Source of the DNA: Pseudomonadota bacterium
Lineage (GTDB): Bacteria; Bdellovibrionota_B; Oligoflexia; Oligoflexales; CAIYRB01
Assembly: GCA_031416315.1 (NCBI GenBank)
Contig: JANOTL010000009.1
Coordinates: 1 to 16,292 of the forward strand
Length of the DNA: 16,292 nt
Direction of reading: 5' to 3'
The notes below the pieces were generated by a model. It did not search any database and was not told the DNA's origin. It saw nothing but the letters and a program-made list of their open reading frames with translations. Numbering within the stretch: the first letter of the stretch is position 1; every line of letters starts with the position of its first letter. Of the stretch, positions 8,254 to 16,024 are shown one piece after another. The position numbers were made by a program, and so were the translations under genes.

Positions 8254-8269
8254 AGCAAGGACGGTGCCA
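8254..8269 (-). promoter_or_regulatory. Sigma54 (RpoN) -24/-12 promoter for the beta-barrel gene
   Basis: Minus strand TGGCACCGTCCTTGCT is an exact match to TGGCAC-N5-TTGCW, about 60 nt upstream of ATG 8195. Confidence 0.85.
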
Positions 8270-8398
8270 ACTTGGCGCGTGTGACAATAACCCTTAAATA
8301 GTCAAACAATTTCAAACAGATAAATCTTTTGAAGCGTGCCGCGCGCGGACGGCGGCGCTGCCGGATTTTTGCCGGACCGTCAAAGCTTCCGACAATCT

Positions 8399-8426
8399 TC
8401 AAGTCCAGCCGTCCTTTTGCCGATGA
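8399..8426 (+). promoter_or_regulatory. Sigma28 (FliA)-like promoter for the cytochrome c lipoprotein
   Basis: TCAAG (8399-8403), N15, GCCGATGA (8419-8426). The same architecture recurs at 16025-16052. Confidence 0.65.
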
Positions 8427-8458
8427 AAACTGGTCACTTTCAGCGGAGGCACGCGACG

Positions 8459-10039
8459 ATGCGGACCCCTTGGCAGCACCTACCGGCTGCCGTACTCACC
8501 GTGCTCTTTGGACTGCAGGCCTGCGTGAAGGCCGAGGAAAAGAACGAGCGCAGGCTCAAGGCCGGAGCGAAGGCCACCGGCTCGGGCTCGCAGGATGCCG
8601 ATGGCAGTGACGACGAAGCCGACACGGCCTCGGACATCGCAGGCTCCGGGAGCGGCAAAAAAGCCACCGGCTCGGGTTCGACCGCGACGCCAGTCTCGGG
8701 CATCGGGCCCGGGTCGGGCACCGACGTCGCCCCTGGCTCCGAGGCCGACCCCGAAGCCGACTCCGGCGAGATCATCACCGAAGATGACGACGATGACGAC
8801 GGGACCGAGGAAATCCTCGCCGACGATTCCCTGACCTATCTCAACTTCGCCAAGGCCGTATTCGACGCCAAATGCGTCAGCTGCCATACGGTCCCCCCGA
8901 CCGGCGGCGCCGGAACCGGCATGCGCTACGACCAATGGGCCGATGCCGGCGCCGTTAAAGGCGTCGGGTCGATGCTCCTGGAGATCGAGGGGCGGGTCAG
9001 CAGTGACAACATGCCGCCCGCGGGGAGCATCGCTCTGACGGCGGACGAGAAGACGAAGATTCTGGCCTGGATCAAAGGCACCGGCGGCGAGGGCGAGGTC
9101 CCGGATCCGAGCGTGAGCGCCGTCAAGCCTGCGAAGATCGGCGTCGCTCCGGCTGCTGACGTCACGGTCCTCGAGGCCGGCTTTGCGAACGCGACGACCG
9201 ACGCCCTTTGGAACGCATATTATACGGCGACGCGGGGAGCGACGACCGGCGGCACGCCGATTTTTACGGATCGTCCGGTCGCCGACAAGACCTTCGATTG
9301 GGATACGAGCGCCGTCCCAGAAGGCGAATGGTTCATCTACTACACCATCGAACAAGGCGCGAAGACGGCCAAGGTCGCGTCTCGCGGCTCCGTCCTCGTC
9401 AACCGTCCGACCGCGGGCGTGAACCCCGTCGTAAGCTTGAATGACCTGTGGAACGGCTTGGACGACGACGCTCGCGCGTTTGGCTTTCCGATCACCGTCG
9501 GTTACACCGCGACGGACGCAAACGCCGGGGACGTCGTCAACGTCGAGCTCTCGTACAAAAAAGAGAGCGAGGCGACTTGGACCAACGTCCCGGCGGCGGA
9601 ATTGGCCAATAAGGTTTGGACCCCGATCACGGCTCCAGCCGATGGCATCACCTACAGGATCCGCATCACCGCGACGAGTGACGCCGGCGGCAAAGCCATC
9701 GTCGAGAGCGAGAACGTCATCGGCCTGTCCAAGCACAAGTACACCTTTGACGGCGAGGATGACGACGGCAACGCCGCGACGCCGCCAGTCTCCAGCATCC
9801 GCGAGGCTTTCAAGACCACCTGCGCCGGTAGCTCCTGCCACAACGCGGGGGCGGGGCCCGCTGGTAAATTCGTTTGGGACGACTTTTCCGCCACCAAGGG
9901 TTTGAACAACGTGAAGGACCTCGTGATCACGCGGGTCATAGACAGCGACAATCCGATGCCGCCGACCCTCGGCGCCACCGAGCGCGCCAGCCTCCGCCTG
10001 CAGCTACGCCTCTGGGACTGGGGCGGCCGAAACGAGTGA
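8459..10039 (+). CDS. Lipoprotein with two c-type cytochrome domains flanking beta-rich (Ig/FN3-like) domains
   Basis: GGAGG SD at 8445-8449 and lipobox LQA-C. CVSCH followed by MPP...LT..EK..I.AWI. C-terminal CAGSSCH followed by NPMPP. Acidic Ser/Gly linker after the lipobox. Confidence 0.8.
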   Translation: MRTPWQHLPAAVLTVLFGLQACVKAEEKNERRLKAGAKATGSGSQDADGSDDEADTASDIAGSGSGKKATGSGSTATPVSGIGPGSGTDVAPGSEADPEADSGEIITEDDDDDDGTEEILADDSLTYLNFAKAVFDAKCVSCHTVPPTGGAGTGMRYDQWADAGAVKGVGSMLLEIEGRVSSDNMPPAGSIALTADEKTKILAWIKGTGGEGEVPDPSVSAVKPAKIGVAPAADVTVLEAGFANATTDALWNAYYTATRGATTGGTPIFTDRPVADKTFDWDTSAVPEGEWFIYYTIEQGAKTAKVASRGSVLVNRPTAGVNPVVSLNDLWNGLDDDARAFGFPITVGYTATDANAGDVVNVELSYKKESEATWTNVPAAELANKVWTPITAPADGITYRIRITATSDAGGKAIVESENVIGLSKHKYTFDGEDDDGNAATPPVSSIREAFKTTCAGSSCHNAGAGPAGKFVWDDFSATKGLNNVKDLVITRVIDSDNPMPPTLGATERASLRLQLRLWDWGGRNE

Positions 10040-10170
10040 GGAGCGGAGCTGGGGCATGGCAAGCTCGGATCAAACCCCGAAGTAGAAATTTCCGCGGCCT
10101 TTGTCCGCCGTTCACATGCGCCCTTCACGCTCTCCGCAGGAACTCCCCCGAAAATGCGGAGGCGCTTGCG

Positions 10171-11793
10171 ATGGCTTCGACGGTGCAAAGGCTCTTCCCC
10201 TTCCTCGTCCTTTTCATCGAGATCACGGGCTGTGGCCCCTTGGCGATGATCGCTCCGGGATTCATGCCGGCGAGCGGCGGCAAATCCACGTATTTCCTCG
10301 TCGGCCCGGCGCTGCAGAACGCGACGCCGGACGCCGCGACCGTCATGTGGGAGACGGAAGGCGAAGACGAGACCAAGGTGGAATGGGGGCTCACGACCGA
10401 GCTCGAGAAAGGCGTGGCGTCCGGCGAGACGATGCCGAGTCGCGGCGGCACCGTCCTCCATCACGCGCGCTTGACCGGGCTCACGCCTGATACGACCTAC
10501 TTTTACAAGGCTCGTACCGGCGACGCGTACTCGCCGATCCAGAGGATGCGCACGCCGCCCGTCCCTGGCGCGAAAAAGCCCTTCCGCTTCGCCGTCTACA
10601 GCGATTGCCAGCAAAAGCCGGGGGTCCACGCGATGATCGTCGAGCGCGGCATCCGCGCGAAGCTGCCGCAAGGCGCCCCGGCCGACGGCTTGGCATTTGC
10701 CCTGGTCGCCGGCGACATCGTCCAGGACGGCGACCAATACTGGCAGTACCGTGACCGGTTTTTCGAACCGACGCGCTCCCTCTCCGGTCAGGTTCCCTTC
10801 TATGCAACCATCGGCAACCACGAGCTCGACTCGCCGATTTACTTCGACTACCTGGACCTCCCGAAAAACGGCACGCCCGGCTACGAAGAGCACTGGTACT
10901 CCTTCGACTACGCCAACACGCACGTCATCGGCCTCGACACCAACGAGGACTTCCGCATCGACGCGCAGCTCGCCTGGCTCGAGAAGGACTTAGACCAAGC
11001 GTGCGCTGCGCCGACGACCGACTTCGTCTTCGCCTATTTCCACCATCCGTTCAAATCGGAGCTATGGCTCGCCGGCGAGACGGCCTACACCGGAGAGATC
11101 GTCCAGCGCTTCGAGGCGAAGCTCGCGGGCTGCGGCAAGATGGGCGCCTACTTCTTCGGCCACACGCACGGCTACTCGCGCGGTCAGAGCCAAGACAATC
11201 CGATCTATGCCGTCAACGTCGGCTCCGCCGGCGGGGGCATCGACCGCTGGAATGAGCACCAGCAACGCGACTATCCGGAATTCCAGAAGTCGATCGACGA
11301 GTACGGCGTGCTGATCGTCGAAGTGAACTTCCACGGCCGGGACCTTGCCGCGACGCGTTACGGGTTTGGCGACAACGACCGGTTCAAGGACGCCGAGGTG
11401 CAAGACCAGTTCGGATTGCGCTACGGCAATGGCGGCCCCGCGCAGCCCGTGTTGTCCGGCGCGAGCGTCGCCGGACCGGGCGGCACGCGGCACGTCGCCC
11501 TCGAGGGTGGGGTCTTTCGCGATCCCGACGGCGATCCCATGCTCGAAAGCCAGTGGCAACTCGCCCCCGCCGCCGACGCCTTCGCGACGCCGGTCGCAGG
11601 CGCCTGGCTCCGGCGCGAAAACTGGTACCGCGAGCGCGACACGATGGCCGGCGTCGACATCCGTCGCGCGGCGCTCCCCGCGCCTGTCAGTGGAGGGCAC
11701 GCATGGGCGCGCGTGCGGTATCGTGATGAGAGCTTGGCGTGGAGCCCGTGGTCCGCGCCGGTCACTCTGGGAAGCTCCGTCGCGGCACGGTAG
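10171..11793 (+). CDS. Calcineurin-like metallophosphoesterase with purple acid phosphatase N-terminal (FN3) domain, probable lipoprotein
   Basis: GGAGG SD at 10158-10162, possible lipobox ITG-C, HHARLTGLTPDTTYFY, and metal motifs YSDCQ, GDIV, IGNHE, FHHP and GHTH. Confidence 0.88.
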   Translation: MASTVQRLFPFLVLFIEITGCGPLAMIAPGFMPASGGKSTYFLVGPALQNATPDAATVMWETEGEDETKVEWGLTTELEKGVASGETMPSRGGTVLHHARLTGLTPDTTYFYKARTGDAYSPIQRMRTPPVPGAKKPFRFAVYSDCQQKPGVHAMIVERGIRAKLPQGAPADGLAFALVAGDIVQDGDQYWQYRDRFFEPTRSLSGQVPFYATIGNHELDSPIYFDYLDLPKNGTPGYEEHWYSFDYANTHVIGLDTNEDFRIDAQLAWLEKDLDQACAAPTTDFVFAYFHHPFKSELWLAGETAYTGEIVQRFEAKLAGCGKMGAYFFGHTHGYSRGQSQDNPIYAVNVGSAGGGIDRWNEHQQRDYPEFQKSIDEYGVLIVEVNFHGRDLAATRYGFGDNDRFKDAEVQDQFGLRYGNGGPAQPVLSGASVAGPGGTRHVALEGGVFRDPDGDPMLESQWQLAPAADAFATPVAGAWLRRENWYRERDTMAGVDIRRAALPAPVSGGHAWARVRYRDESLAWSPWSAPVTLGSSVAAR

Positions 11794-11833
11794 TTTCGCG
11801 ACAGTTTCGTGTCGCGTTCACGGAAAAGCCCGG

Positions 11834-11839
11834 TATGAT
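11834..11839 (+). promoter_or_regulatory. -10 element for a leaderless DUF1499 transcript
   Basis: TATGAT-cggccc-ATG (11846). No SD and no clear -35. Confidence 0.55.
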
Positions 11840-11845
11840 CGGCCC

Positions 11846-12286
11846 ATGTTGCCCCTCCTGAAAAGACCCGTGATCAACGACGTCGCCACCGACCCGGCCC
11901 AGCCGCCGTCTCTGGCGGGCGCCGAGCCGCCGCCTTATCCGCCGCAGTTCGCGGCGAAGCAGAAGGCGGCCTATCCCGAGGTCAAGCCGCTCGCAATCAA
12001 GCTCTCCCCTGACAAGGCCTTCGCGCTCGTGGCCGCGGCGGCGCGCGCCATGGAAGGCTGGGAGGATCTCGAGGTCGACGGGAAGGCGCGTATGATTACG
12101 GGAGTCGCCGTGACCAAGGCGCTGCGCTTCAAGGACGATTTCGTCATCGTGGTCCAGGGCGCGGGCGCCGAATCGGTCGTGCAGATGCGCTCGCGGTCGC
12201 GGTTGGGGAAGGGGGACTTCGGCGCGAACGCGCAGCGGATCCTGGATTTCATGGCGACGGTTTCGGCGCGGGTGGTTAAGGCTTGA
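11846..12286 (+). CDS. DUF1499-domain protein
   Basis: PVINDVATD, Q..AYPEVKPL, RFKDDFVI and MRSRSRLGKGDFGANAQRI. This is the 3' part of track ORF 11345..12286. Confidence 0.85.
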   Translation: MLPLLKRPVINDVATDPAQPPSLAGAEPPPYPPQFAAKQKAAYPEVKPLAIKLSPDKAFALVAAAARAMEGWEDLEVDGKARMITGVAVTKALRFKDDFVIVVQGAGAESVVQMRSRSRLGKGDFGANAQRILDFMATVSARVVKA

Positions 12287-12291
12287 AGTTG

Positions 12292-12331
12292 TTTTACCGC
12301 CGAGATCGCCGAGGCGCTCTCTGCGGTAAAA
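12292..12331. terminator. Hairpin, probable bidirectional terminator between convergent genes
   Basis: TTTTACCGC-c-GAGA-t-CGC[cgag]GCG-c-TCTC-t-GCGGTAAAA fills the gap between the stops at 12286 and 12332. The T runs lie 5' of the stem on each strand, so it lacks a classic U-tail. Confidence 0.5.
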
Positions 12332-13474
12332 TCACTTCCGAACCGCAGCCGCCGCGATCCGCAAACCCTCCGCCATCTGCGGATCCGCCCCCGCCGCATA
12401 AATCAAAGGCGCCTCCACCTTCACATCCGGCTCGACCCCCTGCCCCTCGAGCGCCGCCGTAAGCTCGCCCGCCGCGACGCCGTTCACGATCTCCAGCGCC
12501 AGCCGATCCGGCACCACCTGGATCACCGCGCGCGCCTGCACCGCTCCCGCCGTCCGCTCACCGACCAAGGTCGCCCGCCCGCGCCGCTTCAAGAGCCAAG
12601 CCAGCGCTTCCTTCCCGCCGCGGGTTTCGCCGTCGATCAGCACCACCAGAGGCTTCTTCGAGCTCGGACTTCCGTCGGCCAGAAAAAAAGGCTCCAGATA
12701 AGCCATGTCGCTGCCGCCGAAATATCCGCCGCGCAAGTCGATCACGAGCGCGTCCGTATCCCGCTCGAAGCGCCGCACCGCGTCGGCCAGCTCCGTGCGG
12801 AAGCGCTCCTCCGAGGCGCCGCTCAGCCATACGAAGCCGAGCTTGGCGCCGCCGATATCGTGCACGTGCCGGCTCTCGCGCATCGCGCGAAACAAGGTTT
12901 CGTCCAGCGCCTCGGTCCGCGTGGCGACGGCGAGCGTCTCGGTCTTGCCCCAGGGCATCCGCTTCACCTCGACCGTAGCCTTCGCGCTGCCGGCGATCCG
13001 CGAGAACGAGCGCACCGGCTCCAACGGCCGCCCGTCGACGGTGACGATCTCGTCGCCGCGCAGAAGCCCTGCCTCCGCCGCCGGCGAGCCGGGAAAGACG
13101 CGCGTCGCGTACCAGCGCGCGCCGCGGCGCTCGAACCAGGCGCCGACGTGCTTCAGGCGGGACTTCGGCTCGTCGCCGGTCACCGACCGCATGCTCCAGT
13201 AAGATTGATCTTCGTCGGTGCGCAAAGTCGCCGCGTGCGGCCCCAGCCGCGCGAGCACGCGGTCCAATGCGGCGCGCGTCTCCGCCTCGGCCGGCTTCGG
13301 CCCGAGGCTCCGTCGTTCGCTGGTGATCGCCGCGCTCAGGTCGTCGGAGGGCGGATGATGCGCCACGGCCGCCTTCGTCACGGCGTCGTAAAGCTCGAGC
13401 GGCGAGGGCGCCGGCACCACGGCCCGTGCCTCGGCCGCGAAAACGAGCAGCGCCAGAAGTTTTAGCATCGTCAT
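12332..13474 (-). CDS. S41 family (PDZ-containing) peptidase homolog, probably inactive
   Basis: Signal peptide, PDZ (VFPGSPAAEAGLLRGDEIVTVDG), LVIDLRGG, PLVVLID, ATLVGERTAG and LEGQGVEPD. The catalytic Ser position reads TRGGKE. Start is ATG 13474 or 13468. Confidence 0.85.
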   Translation of the reverse strand: MTMLKLLALLVFAAEARAVVPAPSPLELYDAVTKAAVAHHPPSDDLSAAITSERRSLGPKPAEAETRAALDRVLARLGPHAATLRTDEDQSYWSMRSVTGDEPKSRLKHVGAWFERRGARWYATRVFPGSPAAEAGLLRGDEIVTVDGRPLEPVRSFSRIAGSAKATVEVKRMPWGKTETLAVATRTEALDETLFRAMRESRHVHDIGGAKLGFVWLSGASEERFRTELADAVRRFERDTDALVIDLRGGYFGGSDMAYLEPFFLADGSPSSKKPLVVLIDGETRGGKEALAWLLKRRGRATLVGERTAGAVQARAVIQVVPDRLALEIVNGVAAGELTAALEGQGVEPDVKVEAPLIYAAGADPQMAEGLRIAAAAVRK

Positions 13475-13522
13475 CCCCTCTACCTCTTTCCTTGCGCACC
13501 AGGATCTGGCTTAGTAACGCCC

Positions 13523-14335
13523 ATGAGGACGCTCGGATCACTACTTCAGAACCAAGCCCGCCCCTTGGTGAGCCTGGTCCTCCTTCTTTACCTGCCCTTC
13601 TACCTCCTCTACAAGGGCGTGGTCTTTCTGCAGCTTTTGCCGGCGGAGGCCGCGGACGTCCTGTTCGGGCTCATCTCCGGCGTTCTCGCGCCTTTGGGCA
13701 ACGCCGCGGCCGTCTACGTCCTGCACCACGGCGCGGAGGGCGTCGCGGCGCCGCTCGCCGACGCCCTCCGCGCGTCCGGCCGCGTCTTTTTCCGCCTGTT
13801 CGTCAGCTACCTGGTGATCAGTGTCTCTTTCCTCGTGGTCGCGGCGGCCTGCGTCCTGCCGGCGATTCTGGCGAACGGCCTCCTCGGCGGCTCGGCGGAT
13901 CTCGAGAACGCGCATCGCGCCTGGGTGCTCGTCCCCTTCATCCTGCCCGGATTCTATTTCGTCAGCCGCTACGCCTTCATCGACATGACGACCGTCCTCG
14001 AGGACCTGGAAGGTCCGCTCGCGCGCTACCGTAGCATCGATCTGACCAAGGGCCGCAGGCTCCGCCTGACCTTCTTCGGCCTGCTCCTCGCGGGGCCGCC
14101 GACGGCCCTCGACCTCACCGCGGACGCCGTCGCCGGGTGGGCGGCCAAATCCTACGGGGCGCCCGACCTGATCGTCGGCGTCGGATTGGGACTTGTCGCC
14201 AATCTGCTCTATCTCATACCCTTGGCTTACTTTTACCTGGCGTATCGCGCAGTCCCGGCACCGCCCCCGGCTGCCGCGTCGACGGCGCCGGCGACGGCGA
14301 ACGTGATCTCGTTTCGCAGGAAAGACGGAGGCTGA
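13523..14335 (+). CDS. Multi-pass membrane protein of unknown function
   Basis: About six hydrophobic helices and the ..RS..LTKG.. motif seen in YciC/GDPD-membrane-domain-like proteins. Ends 6 nt before fumC. Confidence 0.75.
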   Translation: MRTLGSLLQNQARPLVSLVLLLYLPFYLLYKGVVFLQLLPAEAADVLFGLISGVLAPLGNAAAVYVLHHGAEGVAAPLADALRASGRVFFRLFVSYLVISVSFLVVAAACVLPAILANGLLGGSADLENAHRAWVLVPFILPGFYFVSRYAFIDMTTVLEDLEGPLARYRSIDLTKGRRLRLTFFGLLLAGPPTALDLTADAVAGWAAKSYGAPDLIVGVGLGLVANLLYLIPLAYFYLAYRAVPAPPPAAASTAPATANVISFRRKDGG

Positions 14336-14341
14336 TTCAGC

Positions 14342-15730
14342 ATGAGCGTACGCATCGAGTCCGACAGCATCGGCAAGGTCGAAGTCCCTGCCGACAAGTA
14401 CTGGGGCGCGCAGACGCAGCGCTCGCTGCAAAACTTCAAGATCGGCGGCCACCGCTTCTCGCGCGGGATGATCAAAGCCTTCGGCCTGGTGAAGAAAGCC
14501 GCCGCGCTCACCAACCACGAGCTGGGCAAGCTCTCGGTGGAGAAGCGCGATCTGATCGTCAAAGCCAGCGACGAGGTGATTTCGGGCAAGCTCGACGAAC
14601 ACTTCCCTCTCGTCGTCTGGCAGACCGGCTCGGGCACGCAGAGCAACATGAACGCCAACGAGGTCATCGCGGCCCGCGCCAACGAGATCGCCGGCGGCGA
14701 GCGCAGCTCGAAAGGCGTGATCCATCCGAACGACGACGTGAACATGTCGCAGTCGTCGAACGACAGCTTCCCGACCTACATGCACGTCGCGGCCGTCTCC
14801 GACTTCACCGAGCGCCTCCTGCCGGAGCTGCGGCGCCTCAGAAAGGCGCTGGAAACCAAGGCAAAAGCCTTCGATAAGATCGTCAAGATCGGACGCACGC
14901 ACCTCATGGACGCGACGCCCTTGACGCTCGGCCAGGAGTTCTCGGGCTACGCCGCGCAGCTCGAGCTCGGCGAGAAGCGCGTCGTCGAGGCCCTCGACGG
15001 TCTCTACGAGGTCGCTCTGGGCGGTAGCGCCGTCGGCACCGGTCTCAACACGCACCCGCAGTACGCGGTGAAGGTCGCGGCCGAGATCGCCAAGCTCACG
15101 GGATCCCCCTTCCGTACCGCGCCGAACAAGTTCGCCGCGCTCGCCGCCCACGACGCGGTCGTATCCGCAAGCGGCGCCTTAAAGCTCCTCGCGGTTGCGG
15201 CAATGAAGATCGCCAACGACATCCGCCTCCTCGGCTCCGGCCCGCGCTCCGGCATCGGCGAGCTCATTCTGCCTGCCAACGAGCCGGGCAGCTCGATCAT
15301 GCCCGGGAAGGTGAACCCGACCCAGTGCGAGGCGCTCACGATGGTCGCCTGCCAAGTGATCGGCAACGACGTCGCGATCTCGATGGCCGGCAGCAACGGC
15401 CATTTCGAGCTCAACGTCTTCAAGCCCGTGATGATCCACAACCTCCTCGAGTCGACGCGGCTCCTAGCCGACTCGATGGCGAGCTTCACCGACAACTGCA
15501 TCGTCGGCATCGAGCCGAACTTGCCGGTCATCAAGCGCCACGTCGACAACTCGCTCATGCTCGTGACCGCGCTGAATCAGCACATCGGCTACGACAACGC
15601 GGCCAAAGTGGCGAAGACGGCCTACGCGGACGGCTCGACTCTGAAGGAGGCGGCTCTCAAGCTGAAGCTCATCACGGCGGACGATTTCGACAGGTTCGTC
15701 AGGCCGGAAGACATGGTCAGCCCGAAATGA
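14342..15730 (+). CDS. fumC: Class II fumarate hydratase
   Basis: [46 protein letters not shown] and the [11 protein letters not shown] signature. Confidence 0.98.
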   Translation: MSVRIESDSIGKVEVPADKYWGAQTQRSLQNFKIGGHRFSRGMIKAFGLVKKAAALTNHELGKLSVEKRDLIVKASDEVISGKLDEHFPLVVWQTGSGTQSNMNANEVIAARANEIAGGERSSKGVIHPNDDVNMSQSSNDSFPTYMHVAAVSDFTERLLPELRRLRKALETKAKAFDKIVKIGRTHLMDATPLTLGQEFSGYAAQLELGEKRVVEALDGLYEVALGGSAVGTGLNTHPQYAVKVAAEIAKLTGSPFRTAPNKFAALAAHDAVVSASGALKLLAVAAMKIANDIRLLGSGPRSGIGELILPANEPGSSIMPGKVNPTQCEALTMVACQVIGNDVAISMAGSNGHFELNVFKPVMIHNLLESTRLLADSMASFTDNCIVGIEPNLPVIKRHVDNSLMLVTALNQHIGYDNAAKVAKTAYADGSTLKEAALKLKLITADDFDRFVRPEDMVSPK

Positions 15731-15759
15731 AGAAAGGCGCCCTCTAGGGCGCCGTTTCT
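15731..15759. terminator. Bidirectional intrinsic terminator between fumC and rpmG
   Basis: AGAAA-GGCGCCC-tcta-GGGCGCC-g-TTTCT, with a short T tail on each strand. Confidence 0.75.
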
Positions 15760-15762
15760 ACT

Positions 15763-15927
15763 TCACTTGATCTTCTGCTCTTTGAAGACCACGTGCTTCT
15801 TGATGACCGGATCGAACTTCTTCAGCTCGAGCTTGTCACGACCCTTTTTGCGACGGGTCGTATAGAAGTAGCCCGTGTCGGCAGTGGACACGAGGCGGAT
15901 CAATTCACGGTTTTGCTTCTTCGCCAC
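15763..15927 (-). CDS. rpmG: 50S ribosomal protein L33 (Cys-free type)
   Basis: Hand translation from [57 protein letters not shown] (54 aa). AAGGAG SD 7-8 nt upstream. Confidence 0.97.
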   Translation of the reverse strand: MAKKQNRELIRLVSTADTGYFYTTRRKKGRDKLELKKFDPVIKKHVVFKEQKIK

Positions 15928-15955
15928 GGCCTGACTCCTTCATGCGAGAGCCGGA

Positions 15956-15985
15956 AACCTAGCAGAGCCGCGGCGCCCAAAGCAA
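15956..15985 (-). promoter_or_regulatory. Putative sigma70 promoter for rpmG
   Basis: Minus strand TTGCTT, 18 bp spacer, TAGGTT, preceded by an extended -10 TG. Confidence 0.55.
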
Positions 15986-16024
15986 GCCCTAAGCTGCCGT
16001 AACCGCGTCGCATTTGGGCCGGGC

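Noticed and set aside
9874..10170. N-terminal extension of the phosphoesterase (and similarly 8336-8458 and 11345-11845 for their ORFs)
   Set aside because: These overlap upstream genes or promoters. Better starts with SD, signal peptide or -10 support exist at 10171, 8459 and 11846.
13492..13522. Promoter for the membrane protein-fumC unit (TTGCGC-17-TAACGC)
   Set aside because: The -10 lacks the conserved final T and lies too close to the ATG.
1265..15558. Long antisense or alternate-frame ORFs (e.g. 1265..2506, 2868..3830, 4965..6371, 5705..7339, 8480..9841, 9652..10923, 13541..15151)
   Set aside because: Shadow ORFs of well-supported genes, expected at high GC. They have no recognisable motifs.
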